The position numbers were made by a program, and so were the translations under genes. The notes under the pieces are model-generated. The model was not told where the DNA came from and did not search any database. It saw only the letters and a program-made list of their open reading frames with translations. Below are positions 1 through 10,853 of a stretch of DNA of 64,000 bases, in pieces. Numbering within the stretch: the stretch's first letter is position 1; each line of letters opens with the position of its first letter. Origin of the DNA: Candidatus Bathyarchaeota archaeon. Its GTDB lineage: Archaea > Thermoproteota > CALKCG01 > B24 > DRYS01. The stretch is from the NCBI GenBank assembly GCA_025058595.1, contig JANXEK010000003.1:4233-68232 (forward strand), in the 5' to 3' direction.

Positions 1-813
1 GTGACTTTCTATCAAGTATATCCTGACACTATAAAGGAATACTCGTATTCCTTATGTCACCCCTTTACAGTCTTCTAAGAAGGATAGATACCTTTCACAG
101 AGGATGTATCTCTATCGATAGATACAAGGATCGACGCTATGCCTGTCAATCCTCTATAATACGTTGAAGCCATATAATCCGGATCTAACACATAATCGTT
201 AAGATCTACAATCTTTAGATCTAACCAATACTCTAAAGAATCTTACGACTAACTTTAATATCGAGGATATCATTAATTCTGTATATCTTAGATACCATGT
301 TAGTAGCTTATATATTCTTCCTACGAACCATTTCATCGAATAAGCTGAAAAGAAACTGATGTAACAATATAAATCCTTCTCACATCTTTATCAGTGAAAA
401 TCTTTATAATATACATGTTTTACTTAGATAGCTCTCATTCGTTTTCATATATTATATATCAACTCTAAGATAACTCTTATCTTAACTAGTTTTATAAACG
501 AGATTCATAAGCTTATTTAAAGTTTACTTAAGTGTAATCTAAGTTATAAAAAATTAAACTTTATACTATAACGATGTAATGTTAGATAAGTTAAATGTTA
601 TAAAATTTTATGCTTTAATCATAATCAAAATTTTATAATATTGTGAACTATGAAGTTTTCTACTTCTTAAATTATAAAGCTAGAAATATAAAGAATTATC
701 TATTAGATCATAGATATTTATATGTAAATAATGTTATCTATAGTATCACATCTAGTTAAATATACAAACAGAATAACCTATAATAAGAACTATTTAAAAA
801 CAATGCAACTAGC

Positions 814-2997
814 GTGAGTCTTCTAAAGATAGCTATAAGCATGAATAGCATATCAGATAGAAAGATTTATAACCCTTCAGAAAAAGATAATAAAACGATG
901 AAAACCTCTGAGATAGTGGTAAGACCCAGAGCTTTCATAGCCGGTGCCATCTTCGTCACCTTAGTAGTCCTATTAGTAGGCGCTATAGCTTTGTTCAGTA
1001 CAGGCGGATCCATCTGGGCGTCAAGCACCGTTGCTTGGTCTAACATGTACATGGGTCAATTTTGTATGTCCTTCCTTTGGGCTATAGTATTCTCAGCTTT
1101 GGGAGTGCTTCTAAGTAGGTTCGGTATGCTGAATAAGCAAGAGATGACCATTGTTACCATGATGATCTGGATAGCCTTTCTATTCCCAAGTCATTACGGT
1201 GTATTAGGAGTCATTACTATGATGGGTACTGCTAGGCAGATTCCTGCTTTCCATCGCTGGAATCTCGATTATCTTAAGCCTGCGCATTGGCAGTGGGGTC
1301 CCGATCCCTTCAACGATAAGCTATGGGCGTCATGGATGTATGGTGGACCGGTACCATGGGCTGAATGGATGCCAGCCCTACTATTCCATATAGCTAGACT
1401 TATACCATACTATCTTATGTTCGCGTTCTTCGCTACCCTATGGAGGAGGCAGTGGGTAGACGTAGAAGCACTACCATTCCCACACGCTATAGCTGTAGCA
1501 AAGCTTATAGATATGGCATACGAGAAGGTCGATGGAAGGACAAGGCTATTCCAGAACGTATGGCTATGGCTAGGATTACTTATAGGATTCCTAGCAACAT
1601 ATCCATACTGGGCGTGGACACTACCAGGGTTAGGATTAACTATGCCAGCTGACTTAGGATTTAATGTAGTAGGTATTAATTTATCGCCTTACCAGATTGT
1701 ACCTCTTGCCCCTCTGAACTTTACGTTCGAAGCTTTCTGGATAGGTGCCGCTCTCCTAATACCGGTTAAAACGTTATTCAGCTATATAATAGGAGCTATT
1801 GCTGTCCACTGGGTTTGGTGGCCTATGATGCATTATCTAGGATATTGGGAACTTGGAGATATAGGTCTGAATGTTTGGAGGAATACTTCCACCGGGCCTT
1901 TGATGACTGCTTGGAAGATTAGGTGGGGACCACCGGCGATGTTAGCTTTTGGAGCTATCTTCGCATTATTATTCTACCCCGTATTTGTAACCTTTAGAGG
2001 TGAGCTAGTTACCGGTATTAAAGCATTATTCGGTAAAGCTCCACCAGAGTTCGAAGCAAGAGAACCTATAAGATACCGCTATCTACTGCTATGCTATATA
2101 GCACTTCTTCTTATATCTGTAGCCTTATGGTATTATGCAAGTGTGGGTACTCTGCCCATACTATACGGTATCATCGTGTATATCATGCATAGTCTACTCT
2201 ATATGGGTAGAGCTAGAGTGGCTGCGGAATTCGGTTGTATCACAGATCTATGGATATATGGTCATGGATTCTATCATAATTGGAATGCGTTAAGGGTCTG
2301 GTGGATTGCGGATCCAGGTTCGCCACTATATATAAGGGATGTACGAGTCAGATACCTAGTTCTAAGACCAGATTATGAATTCGGGTCTGCTGCCTTTATG
2401 CCTGTGGCACCTATGGGAACTCTGCTGGAATCGTATAAGGTAGCCTCAGCTGAAGGTGTACATTCACGCTACATATTTATAGGTATGGTTATAGCTGTAA
2501 CCTTAGGTGTAGTTGTATCGTTATTCGCTTTGCTCCACATGTGGTGTAGCTTCGGAGCGTTAAACCTAGCAGCGTTCAACTACACAGGAGTACCCAACAA
2601 CTATTTGCAGAGGGGCCCAACATATGCTTGTGCGGTTGAAGTTGGGGATTATTGGCGTACAGGTTTAGGTCATCATCCAGAGCCGTTACACTGGATACAA
2701 TTCGTTGTGGGAGCAGCGATGGTATCTATCATATACGCATTACATGCTAGGTTTCCATGGTTCCCGGTGAATCCTGGAGGTATAGTTATAGGTGCCTTCG
2801 ATCTTGTCCAGAGTGTATTCTTATTGACTCCAGCGATAATCGCATATGTAGCTAAGCTTGTAATCCTTAGGATAGGTGGAACGAGAATATATGAGGATGT
2901 AGCTATGCCGTTCGCTATAGGTATGGCTGCAACTACAGGGATAATAGTTCTATTTTCGTTCCTATATAACTTATCGACGACGTTAGCTGTAATGTAA
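814..2997 (+). CDS. Large polytopic integral membrane protein of unknown function. The true start may be the internal Met near 898.
   Basis: 727-aa ORF with many hydrophobic, Trp/Tyr-rich predicted TM segments. The AT-rich 5' end continues the upstream AT-rich region. No recognisable catalytic motif, for example no WWDYG. Confidence 0.55.
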   Translation: MSLLKIAISMNSISDRKIYNPSEKDNKTMKTSEIVVRPRAFIAGAIFVTLVVLLVGAIALFSTGGSIWASSTVAWSNMYMGQFCMSFLWAIVFSALGVLLSRFGMLNKQEMTIVTMMIWIAFLFPSHYGVLGVITMMGTARQIPAFHRWNLDYLKPAHWQWGPDPFNDKLWASWMYGGPVPWAEWMPALLFHIARLIPYYLMFAFFATLWRRQWVDVEALPFPHAIAVAKLIDMAYEKVDGRTRLFQNVWLWLGLLIGFLATYPYWAWTLPGLGLTMPADLGFNVVGINLSPYQIVPLAPLNFTFEAFWIGAALLIPVKTLFSYIIGAIAVHWVWWPMMHYLGYWELGDIGLNVWRNTSTGPLMTAWKIRWGPPAMLAFGAIFALLFYPVFVTFRGELVTGIKALFGKAPPEFEAREPIRYRYLLLCYIALLLISVALWYYASVGTLPILYGIIVYIMHSLLYMGRARVAAEFGCITDLWIYGHGFYHNWNALRVWWIADPGSPLYIRDVRVRYLVLRPDYEFGSAAFMPVAPMGTLLESYKVASAEGVHSRYIFIGMVIAVTLGVVVSLFALLHMWCSFGALNLAAFNYTGVPNNYLQRGPTYACAVEVGDYWRTGLGHHPEPLHWIQFVVGAAMVSIIYALHARFPWFPVNPGGIVIGAFDLVQSVFLLTPAIIAYVAKLVILRIGGTRIYEDVAMPFAIGMAATTGIIVLFSFLYNLSTTLAVM

Positions 2998-3002
2998 CTC
3001 AA

Positions 3003-3022
3003 TCTCACATTTTATTTTTTAT
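3003..3022 (+). terminator. T-rich tract immediately after the stop of the 814-2997 CDS, a candidate archaeal terminator
   Basis: The sequence ttttattttttatt directly follows the taa stop codon. Archaeal termination commonly occurs at oligo-T tracts. Confidence 0.3.
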
Positions 3023-3089
3023 TAATGATTAATTTAAAGCTATACATGATTATTTTGGTATAGTGTATATTCTATTTGCAGTTGATTTA

Positions 3090-3755
3090 CTACTTTTCTA
3101 GTAGTTTCTTCTTCGCTATCTCGAATTCCTCCCTCGTTATAGCTCCTTTATCTAAAAGTTGTTTGAGTCTTTCTAGCTCATCTACGAGGGTTTCGCTACG
3201 TATTTTTGCTTCGGCTATCTTCTCAAGCGAAGCTGCCATCTTCTGCTGTTGAGCTACTTCACGCCACTCCGCTATCTTACCCATCAGTATTTCGCGTACC
3301 ATCTGCGGCTCAGGTATATCCCAGAATCTCCCGCCTCTCCATGTTATAAGCCTTGGAGCCGTACCTCCGATTATTACGCCTCTACCTACCCCGGCTCCTA
3401 TGTGGCCTACTTCTAAGCCGGCTGTGGTTGCGAAGGCTAGGGATCCGCATCTCATGGCTCTAGCGAGTATCCCCTGCATGATGTGGATATCTCTTATCTG
3501 ATCGAACGTTAGCTCCCTCACATAGTTTCCGAATACCCACGACTTCTCTACTCTGATAGATCTATCGGTTACATAGTATGTATATGCTCTCTTATTATAG
3601 TAGTAGACTACGAATAGCATCGATGCTAATATAAGCCAAGATGAAGCTAATAGTATGTTTATAAATAATAGGAGTGTAAAGATGATCGTAAGGATTATAG
3701 CAAACTTCACTATAGTCTTCTTAAGGAACGGTTTCCCAACCCATAGATAAGACAT
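3090..3755 (-). CDS. Membrane protein with a bacterial-type PH domain (bPH_2/DUF304-like) and a C-terminal SHOCT-like motif
   Basis: Two N-terminal TM helices are followed by a YdbT-like segment. The C-terminal sequence LKQLLDKGAITREEFEIAKKKLL resembles the SHOCT short C-terminal domain. Confidence 0.5.
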   Translation of the reverse strand: MSYLWVGKPFLKKTIVKFAIILTIIFTLLLFINILLASSWLILASMLFVVYYYNKRAYTYYVTDRSIRVEKSWVFGNYVRELTFDQIRDIHIMQGILARAMRCGSLAFATTAGLEVGHIGAGVGRGVIIGGTAPRLITWRGGRFWDIPEPQMVREILMGKIAEWREVAQQQKMAASLEKIAEAKIRSETLVDELERLKQLLDKGAITREEFEIAKKKLLEK

Positions 3756-3858
3756 AACCTATCATCATAGGATAATGCATATATACCCTAATTAATTTTT
3801 CCAACTTCGTTAATCGCTCACAATCTTCCATACCTAACCTACTTCTGATCCTAGTCTC

Positions 3859-4515
3859 CTATCTCTTCAAAAATCTAAGCGCGACCAATATAGCTATCAA
3901 CACTATTAACGCCAATAGTATCGGCGTGATTATAACGTTCAAAGCTACCCCTGCATCACCCCTACTAGTTACGATTATCTTCCCGATAATACCTCCACCG
4001 TCGTCATTGTATGGAGGTGGACCACGATACATATACCATATGTTAGCTACAGCTTCCTCCATGCCTGTCGCGTAATCTCCCCTGATCCATACATAGTATA
4101 CTCCCGGTTCACCCGGCACTTTGAATGTATATCTCCAAATCCTCGTTATACCCGGGTAGTCACCTGATATACCGAACCATAACGGTAGGTAGTGCGTCGG
4201 CGGATTCCAGCTTCGAGACCAAGAGTAGAGAAGGAATAGCTGGTTAACCCTATCCGAGCCGTATATGCTCCAACGTTGAAATTTTATCTCTGCCACTACT
4301 AGATCGTTAGCTTCTACGATGATAGACTGCTGGTAACCCTCGGATAGTAGGTCTAAATCTATGTAATAGCATGTTATACCTGAATCCCACGTGTAAGGGA
4401 GAGGTATAGGTTCGATACCCCCTTCGATTGAATAGTTATCGTACCTCGCCATAGATATGGAGAGCGAAGCTTGTATCACCGCTAGTATTGCTAAGAACGT
4501 TTTCATCGACGACAT
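3859..4515 (-). CDS. Secreted/surface-anchored hypothetical protein
   Basis: N-terminal signal-peptide-like segment MKTFLAILAVIQASLSIS and a C-terminal hydrophobic anchor followed by the basic tail RFLKR. Confidence 0.45.
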   Translation of the reverse strand: MSSMKTFLAILAVIQASLSISMARYDNYSIEGGIEPIPLPYTWDSGITCYYIDLDLLSEGYQQSIIVEANDLVVAEIKFQRWSIYGSDRVNQLFLLYSWSRSWNPPTHYLPLWFGISGDYPGITRIWRYTFKVPGEPGVYYVWIRGDYATGMEEAVANIWYMYRGPPPYNDDGGGIIGKIIVTSRGDAGVALNVIITPILLALIVLIAILVALRFLKR

Positions 4516-4615
4516 AGAGCGTAGCTTCGCTATAAACTTGTGTCCTCTAGGTTGATAAAGGTTTAGTCTACCTCCAACTGTATAGCGGTCGATCTAACGG
4601 CTGCACGATTCGGAT

Positions 4616-5401
4616 CTACTCGATAAGCTTAAGATGATACGCTATACTTTTGATATCTTCTAGAGCGCTATCAGATCTAAGCTCCTCTCCTAGTAGGCAT
4701 GACTCGATTATCTCCTCATCGAATCTTATGAATCCATCTATCCTTAAACCCGCCTCTTCAGCCTTCTCTACTAGTATATCCTTCACTCTTCCATCAACCT
4801 TATTAGCTAAAACCCAAAACCTCTTACCTAGGCTTAAACTTACATCCCTAAGTAGAGCGGCTATCTCTATAGATTCAGCCGTAGGATCTATCAAAGCTAT
4901 GATCCCATCGACGGCCTCCTCTATCCCTCTACCTATATGCTCGATCCCTGCATCGGTATCTACTATAACCTTTTCATCGTTATCCAATACGAGGTTTCTA
5001 AGTAGTATCCTCGTAAGTATGTTGAACGGGCATGCGCATCCCTCGCCATACTCTCTAACCTTACCTATAACCGTCAACCCTACTCCATCCCTAGAATACG
5101 ATATATATTCATCTGGCAATACTCTAAGCCTTACACCAGACTCTGCTCTAGATAGCATGGAAGCTATATCGAGCTCTCTACTTTCCAGTTCGGCTTCATC
5201 CCTCTTACCTCCTATATAATCTATCAGGGGCTTCGGTGGTTTTACACCTAGAAGCCTGGGTAGGAGTATATTCGATTCATCAGAATCTACTATATAGACC
5301 CTGTACCCCTCGGATAATACCTTAGCTAGAAGGATAGATACGACGGTCTTCCCAGTCCCACCTTTACCGCATACCATAATCTTCACGGCGCATCGAAACA
5401 A
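4616..5401 (-). CDS. MinD/ParA/CooC-family P-loop ATPase
   Basis: Deviant Walker A motif VCGKGGTGKT at the N-terminus. Size of about 260 aa is typical of the CooC/MinD superfamily. Confidence 0.7.
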   Translation of the reverse strand: MFRCAVKIMVCGKGGTGKTVVSILLAKVLSEGYRVYIVDSDESNILLPRLLGVKPPKPLIDYIGGKRDEAELESRELDIASMLSRAESGVRLRVLPDEYISYSRDGVGLTVIGKVREYGEGCACPFNILTRILLRNLVLDNDEKVIVDTDAGIEHIGRGIEEAVDGIIALIDPTAESIEIAALLRDVSLSLGKRFWVLANKVDGRVKDILVEKAEEAGLRIDGFIRFDEEIIESCLLGEELRSDSALEDIKSIAYHLKLIE

Positions 5402-5490
5402 AGCTTTTTAGTATCCCTCGATTTATATGTTTCCAGCCTTACATAGGTAAACGTTAAGTATAGGATAACCTATCGAGCGGCTTCTAAGCT

Positions 5491-6348
5491 ATGCTAGGAG
5501 AATCTTTAGCGCTATTTACTGCTGTACTATGGGCCTTAACGCCTGTATTCTCTAAGAAAGCCCTAGGATACGCTACCGCTGTAGAGTTGAACCTAGTACG
5601 CAGTATATCAGGTTCTTTAACCCTAATCCTTATACTACCGGTCCTACGTGGAGGGTTAATCTTCCAGCTAGATCTATACGGTTTCATCCTACTACTAGCA
5701 GCTACCATTATAGGTATAGGTATCGGGGATGCTATATTCTTCAAGAGTATCGACGCTATAGGTGTCTCACGCGGTGTAGCCGTATCATCGGTACACCCGC
5801 TACTCGTACTGCTCATCTCGATCCTCGTACTCGGTGAAGATATAACCCCGATAAACACTATCGGGGGGTCACTCGTAGTGTTAGCGTCCATAATAGTAGC
5901 GTTATCAGGAGAAGAATCGAAGGGGGGTTCGAACCGGTATATCGAGGGTGTAGCGTTATCCTTAGCTTCAGCATTCCTATGGTCTGTAGCCATAACGTTC
6001 GTATCCATAGGCGTTAGGAGCGTGGATCCGTTGATAGGTAACGCCTATAGATTCCTCATACTAGCTTTGATCATGCTAATAGCATGTAGACGTAGGCTAC
6101 ATAAACTAAAGGATAGCAGGCTATTATTATGGGGGTCACTCTCAGGGTTAACAGGTCTATCCATAGGGACGACGCTATACCTAGAGAGTATAAGGTTGAT
6201 AGGAGCAGGAAAAGCCACCGTCATAACAGGTATACAGCCTATAATCTCGACTTTAGCAGCTGGCTTATCCCTCAAGGAGAGGTTAAACGTAAGGATATTG
6301 GTGGCTGTGCTACTAGCATCGGCCGGTATGATCCTCCTAGAGCTGTAG
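5491..6348 (+). CDS. EamA/DMT-superfamily transporter
   Basis: 285 aa with about 10 TM segments, a duplicated EamA-like architecture and a glycine-rich TM pattern. Confidence 0.65.
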   Translation: MLGESLALFTAVLWALTPVFSKKALGYATAVELNLVRSISGSLTLILILPVLRGGLIFQLDLYGFILLLAATIIGIGIGDAIFFKSIDAIGVSRGVAVSSVHPLLVLLISILVLGEDITPINTIGGSLVVLASIIVALSGEESKGGSNRYIEGVALSLASAFLWSVAITFVSIGVRSVDPLIGNAYRFLILALIMLIACRRRLHKLKDSRLLLWGSLSGLTGLSIGTTLYLESIRLIGAGKATVITGIQPIISTLAAGLSLKERLNVRILVAVLLASAGMILLEL

Positions 6349-6387
6349 ATCTGCATCCATCAAACCGTCTCCAGCTAAACATACTTC

Positions 6388-8706
6388 ATGGGATATAAAC
6401 TGCTATATACCGTGTATAGAGCTATATTCCGATCGAGGTGTTCGATGGGGATGGTATCCAGAGTGAAATCCTATAGTAGGGGTTTGAGGGAAGTTACGTT
6501 CTATATGCATCCTGATGGTAGGATGAGGTTACAGATCTGTAGCGATAACGTTATACGTATAACCTATACTTTAAGTTCGAAGCATCCTATGGATTGTAGT
6601 CTATCCGTTATCGATACACGTTTGAGGGAGGTTAATTGGAGTATTAGAAGGGAGCCCTCTAAGATTACGATAGCTACTTGTAGATTAGAGGCTTCTGTAG
6701 ATTTAGATACAGGTCTCATAGAGTTCTATGACCCATCAGGCTTCCTAATCGTCAGAGAGGATTCTAGATCGTTAACACCTGTGAAACTACCGGATGGGGA
6801 AGCTTTTAGCGTAGAGCAGGTCTTCCGTATCTCCGCTGATGAAGGTCTCTATGGTCTAGGTCAGCATCCAGGTATATTCAACTATAGAGGGCGAACCGTT
6901 ACGCTTATACAGAGGAATTGGGATGTAGCTGTACCATTCTTAGTATCGAGTAGAGGTTACGGTATACTATGGGATAACTACTCTATGACTAGATTCGAAA
7001 GCTTCACTGATAACGACTACTGTAAGATCAGGTTTTGGTCTGAGGCTTCAGATGCTATAGACTACTACCTCATCTACGGTCCGGATATCGATGATGTGGT
7101 AGCATCCTATCGTAAGCTAACCGGTGATCCGCCTTTACTGCCGGTATGGGCTTACGGATTCTGGCAATCTAAGGAGAGATATAAGACGCAGGATGAGGTT
7201 ATAGAGGTTGCTAAGACGTTTAGGGATGGAGGTATACCTATCGATATTATAGTGTTGGATTGGAAGTACTGGGGTAGGTATGGATGGAATGCTTTCAAGT
7301 TTGATGAAGAAGATTTCCCGGATCCGGCTGAGATGGTTGAAGAACTACATAAGCTAGGTGTACATATACTGATCTCTATATGGCCTATATTCGGTGAGGA
7401 GACAATCATCTATAATGATATGAAGGGGAGAGGATTCATATGTCCAGGTACTAGATGCTACGATCCCTTCAACGAGGAGGCTAGGAAACTGTATTGGGAG
7501 TATATTAGGAAGGCTTTCTTCGATATAGGTATCGATGGATGGTGGCTCGACGCAACAGAACCTGAGACTGGTGTAGGATGGGCTTCGTTCTATACACCAT
7601 TCCATTCATCGACTACGGCTATGGGTTCAGGTGCTAGATATCTTAATGCATACTCCCTTATGACGACTAAAGCCGTCTATGAGGGGCAGCGTAGTATCTC
7701 GGATAAACGTGTAGTTATACTCACTAGATCAGCCTTCACAGGTCAACAGCGGTACTCAGCTATAACGTGGTCTGGGGATATATGCCACGATTGGGGTATA
7801 CTGAGGGAGCAGATACCTGCAGGGTTGAATTTCTCCATATCGGGTATACCATACTGGACAACGGATATAGGCGGATTCTTCAGCGGTAACCCTGAGACTG
7901 ACTCTTACAGAGAGGTATTCGTCAGATGGTTTCAGTGGGGTGCTTTCTGTCCCATCTTCAGGGTGCATGGGACGACGTATGCTAAGGAGCCTTGGAGATT
8001 CGGATCAGAATATGAGGGGATTCTAGTCAAATATATTAGGTTGAGGTATAGGCTACTACCATACATATACTCTCACGCTTGGAGAGTTACGAGAGAGGGG
8101 TATACTTTGATGCGCCCCTTGATCATGGATTTCAGGATGGATCCAAGGGTAATCGATATAGACGATCAATATATGTTCGGATCAGCTATTATGGTTAGCC
8201 CTGTAACTCTCCCCAAGGTTAAAGCTAGAAGGATATATCTACCTAGGAATATAGGTGGATGGTACGATTTCTGGAGTGGGAAGCATATGGACGGGGGGTT
8301 ACAGATCGAAACATCTACACCTATAGATATAATCCCGCTACATGTTAAAGCCGGATCCATAGTGCCTATGGCCCCCCTCCTAAAGTATACGAAGGAGAAG
8401 CCTTGGGATCCTATAGAGATTAGAATATACCGTGGAACTGATGCTGTCTTCACACTATACGAGGATGATGGTGAAACATATAGCTACGAGAAGGGTGAGT
8501 ATAGTTTAACTCCTATAAGATGGTTTGAAGATGATGGTAGGCTGGTCATAGATGAGAGGGAGGGGAGCTATCCTGGGATGCTGAGGGAGAGGTTATTCCG
8601 TATAGTATTCGTTAGGGATGGATATGGCATAGGGGTCGAAGAGACAGAGACACCCGATAAGATAGTTAGATATAATGGTAGAGAGGTTGAAGTAAAATTC
8701 TCTTGA
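6388..8706 (+). CDS. GH31 family alpha-glucosidase/alpha-xylosidase. The real start is likely an internal Met near 6445-6451.
   Basis: GH31-like core with GIDGWWLDATEP (nucleophile-Asp region) and WQSKERY. The 772-aa size fits archaeal MalA/XylS-type enzymes. Confidence 0.8.
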   Translation: MGYKLLYTVYRAIFRSRCSMGMVSRVKSYSRGLREVTFYMHPDGRMRLQICSDNVIRITYTLSSKHPMDCSLSVIDTRLREVNWSIRREPSKITIATCRLEASVDLDTGLIEFYDPSGFLIVREDSRSLTPVKLPDGEAFSVEQVFRISADEGLYGLGQHPGIFNYRGRTVTLIQRNWDVAVPFLVSSRGYGILWDNYSMTRFESFTDNDYCKIRFWSEASDAIDYYLIYGPDIDDVVASYRKLTGDPPLLPVWAYGFWQSKERYKTQDEVIEVAKTFRDGGIPIDIIVLDWKYWGRYGWNAFKFDEEDFPDPAEMVEELHKLGVHILISIWPIFGEETIIYNDMKGRGFICPGTRCYDPFNEEARKLYWEYIRKAFFDIGIDGWWLDATEPETGVGWASFYTPFHSSTTAMGSGARYLNAYSLMTTKAVYEGQRSISDKRVVILTRSAFTGQQRYSAITWSGDICHDWGILREQIPAGLNFSISGIPYWTTDIGGFFSGNPETDSYREVFVRWFQWGAFCPIFRVHGTTYAKEPWRFGSEYEGILVKYIRLRYRLLPYIYSHAWRVTREGYTLMRPLIMDFRMDPRVIDIDDQYMFGSAIMVSPVTLPKVKARRIYLPRNIGGWYDFWSGKHMDGGLQIETSTPIDIIPLHVKAGSIVPMAPLLKYTKEKPWDPIEIRIYRGTDAVFTLYEDDGETYSYEKGEYSLTPIRWFEDDGRLVIDEREGSYPGMLRERLFRIVFVRDGYGIGVEETETPDKIVRYNGREVEVKFS

Positions 8707-8739
8707 GCTTTAAATCGTAATAGATATATAGCTGGTTAG

Positions 8740-10266
8740 ATGGGTGGGTATACTATGGCTGATCCATACGATATACTCAAGGGTATCCCAGCTCCTACGA
8801 GCGGATCATATGAGCCTTCATGGAGCTCTCTCAGGAATTATAGGGTTCCATCATGGTTCATAGATTCTAAGCTAGGTATATTCATACATTGGGGTGTATA
8901 CTCTGTCCCGGCTTACGGTAGCGAATGGTACCCTAGACATATGTATATGCCTGGTAGACCCGAATACGATTTCCATACCAGAAATTTTGGTACGCCTAAG
9001 GATTTCGGCTATAAGGATTTCGTACCTATGTTCACAGCTGAGAATTGGGATCCAGATGATTGGGCTGAATTATTCGAGAAGGCGGGTGTTAGATTCGTAG
9101 TACCTGTAGCAGAGCATCACGATGGCTATACTCTATGGGATTCAAGATACACCAGGTGGTGCGCATCGAAGATAGGGCCTAAAAGAGATATAATAGGAGA
9201 ATTGAAGAGCGCGGTCGAAAGAAGGGGACTATTATTCGGTGTATCGTATCATAGAGCTGAGCATTGGTGGTTCTTCGAACCTGGTACACGTATAGATTCG
9301 GATGTAAACGATCCAAGGTATATGGATCTATATGGTCCTGCTAAACCTGCATCTACAGATCCTAGGGCTCCCCCCGGACCAGATAATGTACCCCCAGATG
9401 ATGGGTTTCTGAAAGATTGGCTTCTAAGGATAGTCGAAGTAGTCGAGAAGTATAGGCCTATACTCGTATACTTTGATTGGTGGATAGCTAACCCTGCGTT
9501 CGAGCCATACCTCAAAGCTTTCGCAGCATACTACTATAATAGAGCTGAGAGCTGGGGTGAAGAGCCAGTTATAATATATAAGCATGGAGCCTTCCCGGAT
9601 GGTACGGCTATACCGGATCTAGCTGAGAGAGGGACTATCGTGAAGCTTAGATCTACGCCATGGCTAGCCGATACATCTGTAGACTATAGATCATGGGGGT
9701 ATATAAGGGATGCAGAGTATAAATCTCCAGAGGATATAGTATGGCATATGGTAGATGTCGTTAGTAAGAATGGTGTATTCCTACTGAATGTAGGTCCAAG
9801 ATCTGATGGAACGATACCTGAGGAACAGAGGAAGGTATTAGCAGGTATAGGTGGATGGCTTAGAGTGTATGGGGAGGCTGTATACGGTACGAGGACTTGG
9901 AAGACATATGGAGAGGGAACGACACGTTTAGCTAAGGGAGGATTCTTCACAGAGAGAAGGGTTAAATTCGTGGAAGGGGATGTACGTTACACCGTGAGAG
10001 ACGTATACCCTGCAGGTAGCATACTATACGCTATACATCCATTGGCATCGAACGGATCTAGAACCATCACGCTTAGATCCCTAGCTAAAGTATTGAGATT
10101 GATAGATGAGGATGAAGAGGTGGTAGACGTAGATATGCTTGGATCGAAGGAGAAACCTTCATGGAGCTGTGAAGATGAAGGAGTTAAAATCCAGGTAGCC
10201 GATCAAGCCGTGAAGGGTATAACGGTATCGAGGATAGTTATTAGAAGATCTGGGGATGCTATGTAG
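8740..10266 (+). CDS. GH29 alpha-L-fucosidase
   Basis: HHDGYTLWDS (GH29 HHDGF-type motif), GIFIHWGVYSVPA and a conserved C-terminal beta-sandwich. 508 aa in a single frame. Confidence 0.8.
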   Translation: MGGYTMADPYDILKGIPAPTSGSYEPSWSSLRNYRVPSWFIDSKLGIFIHWGVYSVPAYGSEWYPRHMYMPGRPEYDFHTRNFGTPKDFGYKDFVPMFTAENWDPDDWAELFEKAGVRFVVPVAEHHDGYTLWDSRYTRWCASKIGPKRDIIGELKSAVERRGLLFGVSYHRAEHWWFFEPGTRIDSDVNDPRYMDLYGPAKPASTDPRAPPGPDNVPPDDGFLKDWLLRIVEVVEKYRPILVYFDWWIANPAFEPYLKAFAAYYYNRAESWGEEPVIIYKHGAFPDGTAIPDLAERGTIVKLRSTPWLADTSVDYRSWGYIRDAEYKSPEDIVWHMVDVVSKNGVFLLNVGPRSDGTIPEEQRKVLAGIGGWLRVYGEAVYGTRTWKTYGEGTTRLAKGGFFTERRVKFVEGDVRYTVRDVYPAGSILYAIHPLASNGSRTITLRSLAKVLRLIDEDEEVVDVDMLGSKEKPSWSCEDEGVKIQVADQAVKGITVSRIVIRRSGDAM

Positions 10267-10853
10267 GATAACATAACGAATATAAGGAGCGGCAGACCTA
10301 TATCTGATGCCATTAAGGCTAGGTTTAGAGGCGAATCATACGAGTAGATCTATCTATACGATTATATCGGTATTAGTGGTAATAACTACAACCACCTCGA
10401 ATATACGGATGACGATGATTAGGTATGAGCAGAACACTCGTTGAAATTTACAGGTTCAAGAGAGTATAATAACAATCTTGATGGATGGGAGTGCAACGTA
10501 TGCCGCTATAATAACATATCTGGCTATAGACGGTGCAGCAAGGATGGTTAGTGATGACGATGAAATTCTATCTTTCTAGTATTTTTAGCTTTCCGTCAGA
10601 GCTCCACTAGCGATCTTGATACTCTAGAGAATGATCTGGATAACTGATGAACAGAGATACTGTATCTTATCCATATTAGTTGAGATATATTTAAAGAAAT
10701 TAGACGTAAGCTAGAGTGTAATGCATCTTTAAAGGGAGACTTAGAATTTTCAGCATATCTTCTGATAGATGATTCGTCTGTTAACTTAATTTACATAGTT
10801 GCGAAGAGGATCGGATGGAGATATGCTTGATGTCTTTAGGATGACAGCTTGAA

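Noticed and set aside
1-813. Replication origin (oriC) interpretation of the AT-rich leader
   Set aside because: No adjacent orc1/cdc6 gene and no recognisable ORB or mini-ORB repeats. The AT-richness and the palindrome alone are not enough.
4650-5219. 189-aa plus-strand ORF, and similar antisense ORFs at 867-1052, 2673-3008, 5484-6008, 6045-6356, 7152-7605, 18052-18510, 21433-21891, 26895-27143, 41013-41585, 42023-42745, 46391-46744, 50640-50948 and 58033-59548
   Set aside because: These are embedded in, or antisense to, longer ORFs with clear protein-family motifs. They have low-complexity Ser/Leu/Pro-rich translations typical of shadow ORFs.
10551-10660. Possible C/D-box sRNA (GTGATGA at 10551-10557 and CTGATGA at 10644-10650) in the 590-bp gap at 10267-10853
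   Set aside because: No properly spaced D or D' (CUGA) boxes are present. The box spacing of about 90 nt is too long for archaeal C/D sRNAs. This is probably a chance match.
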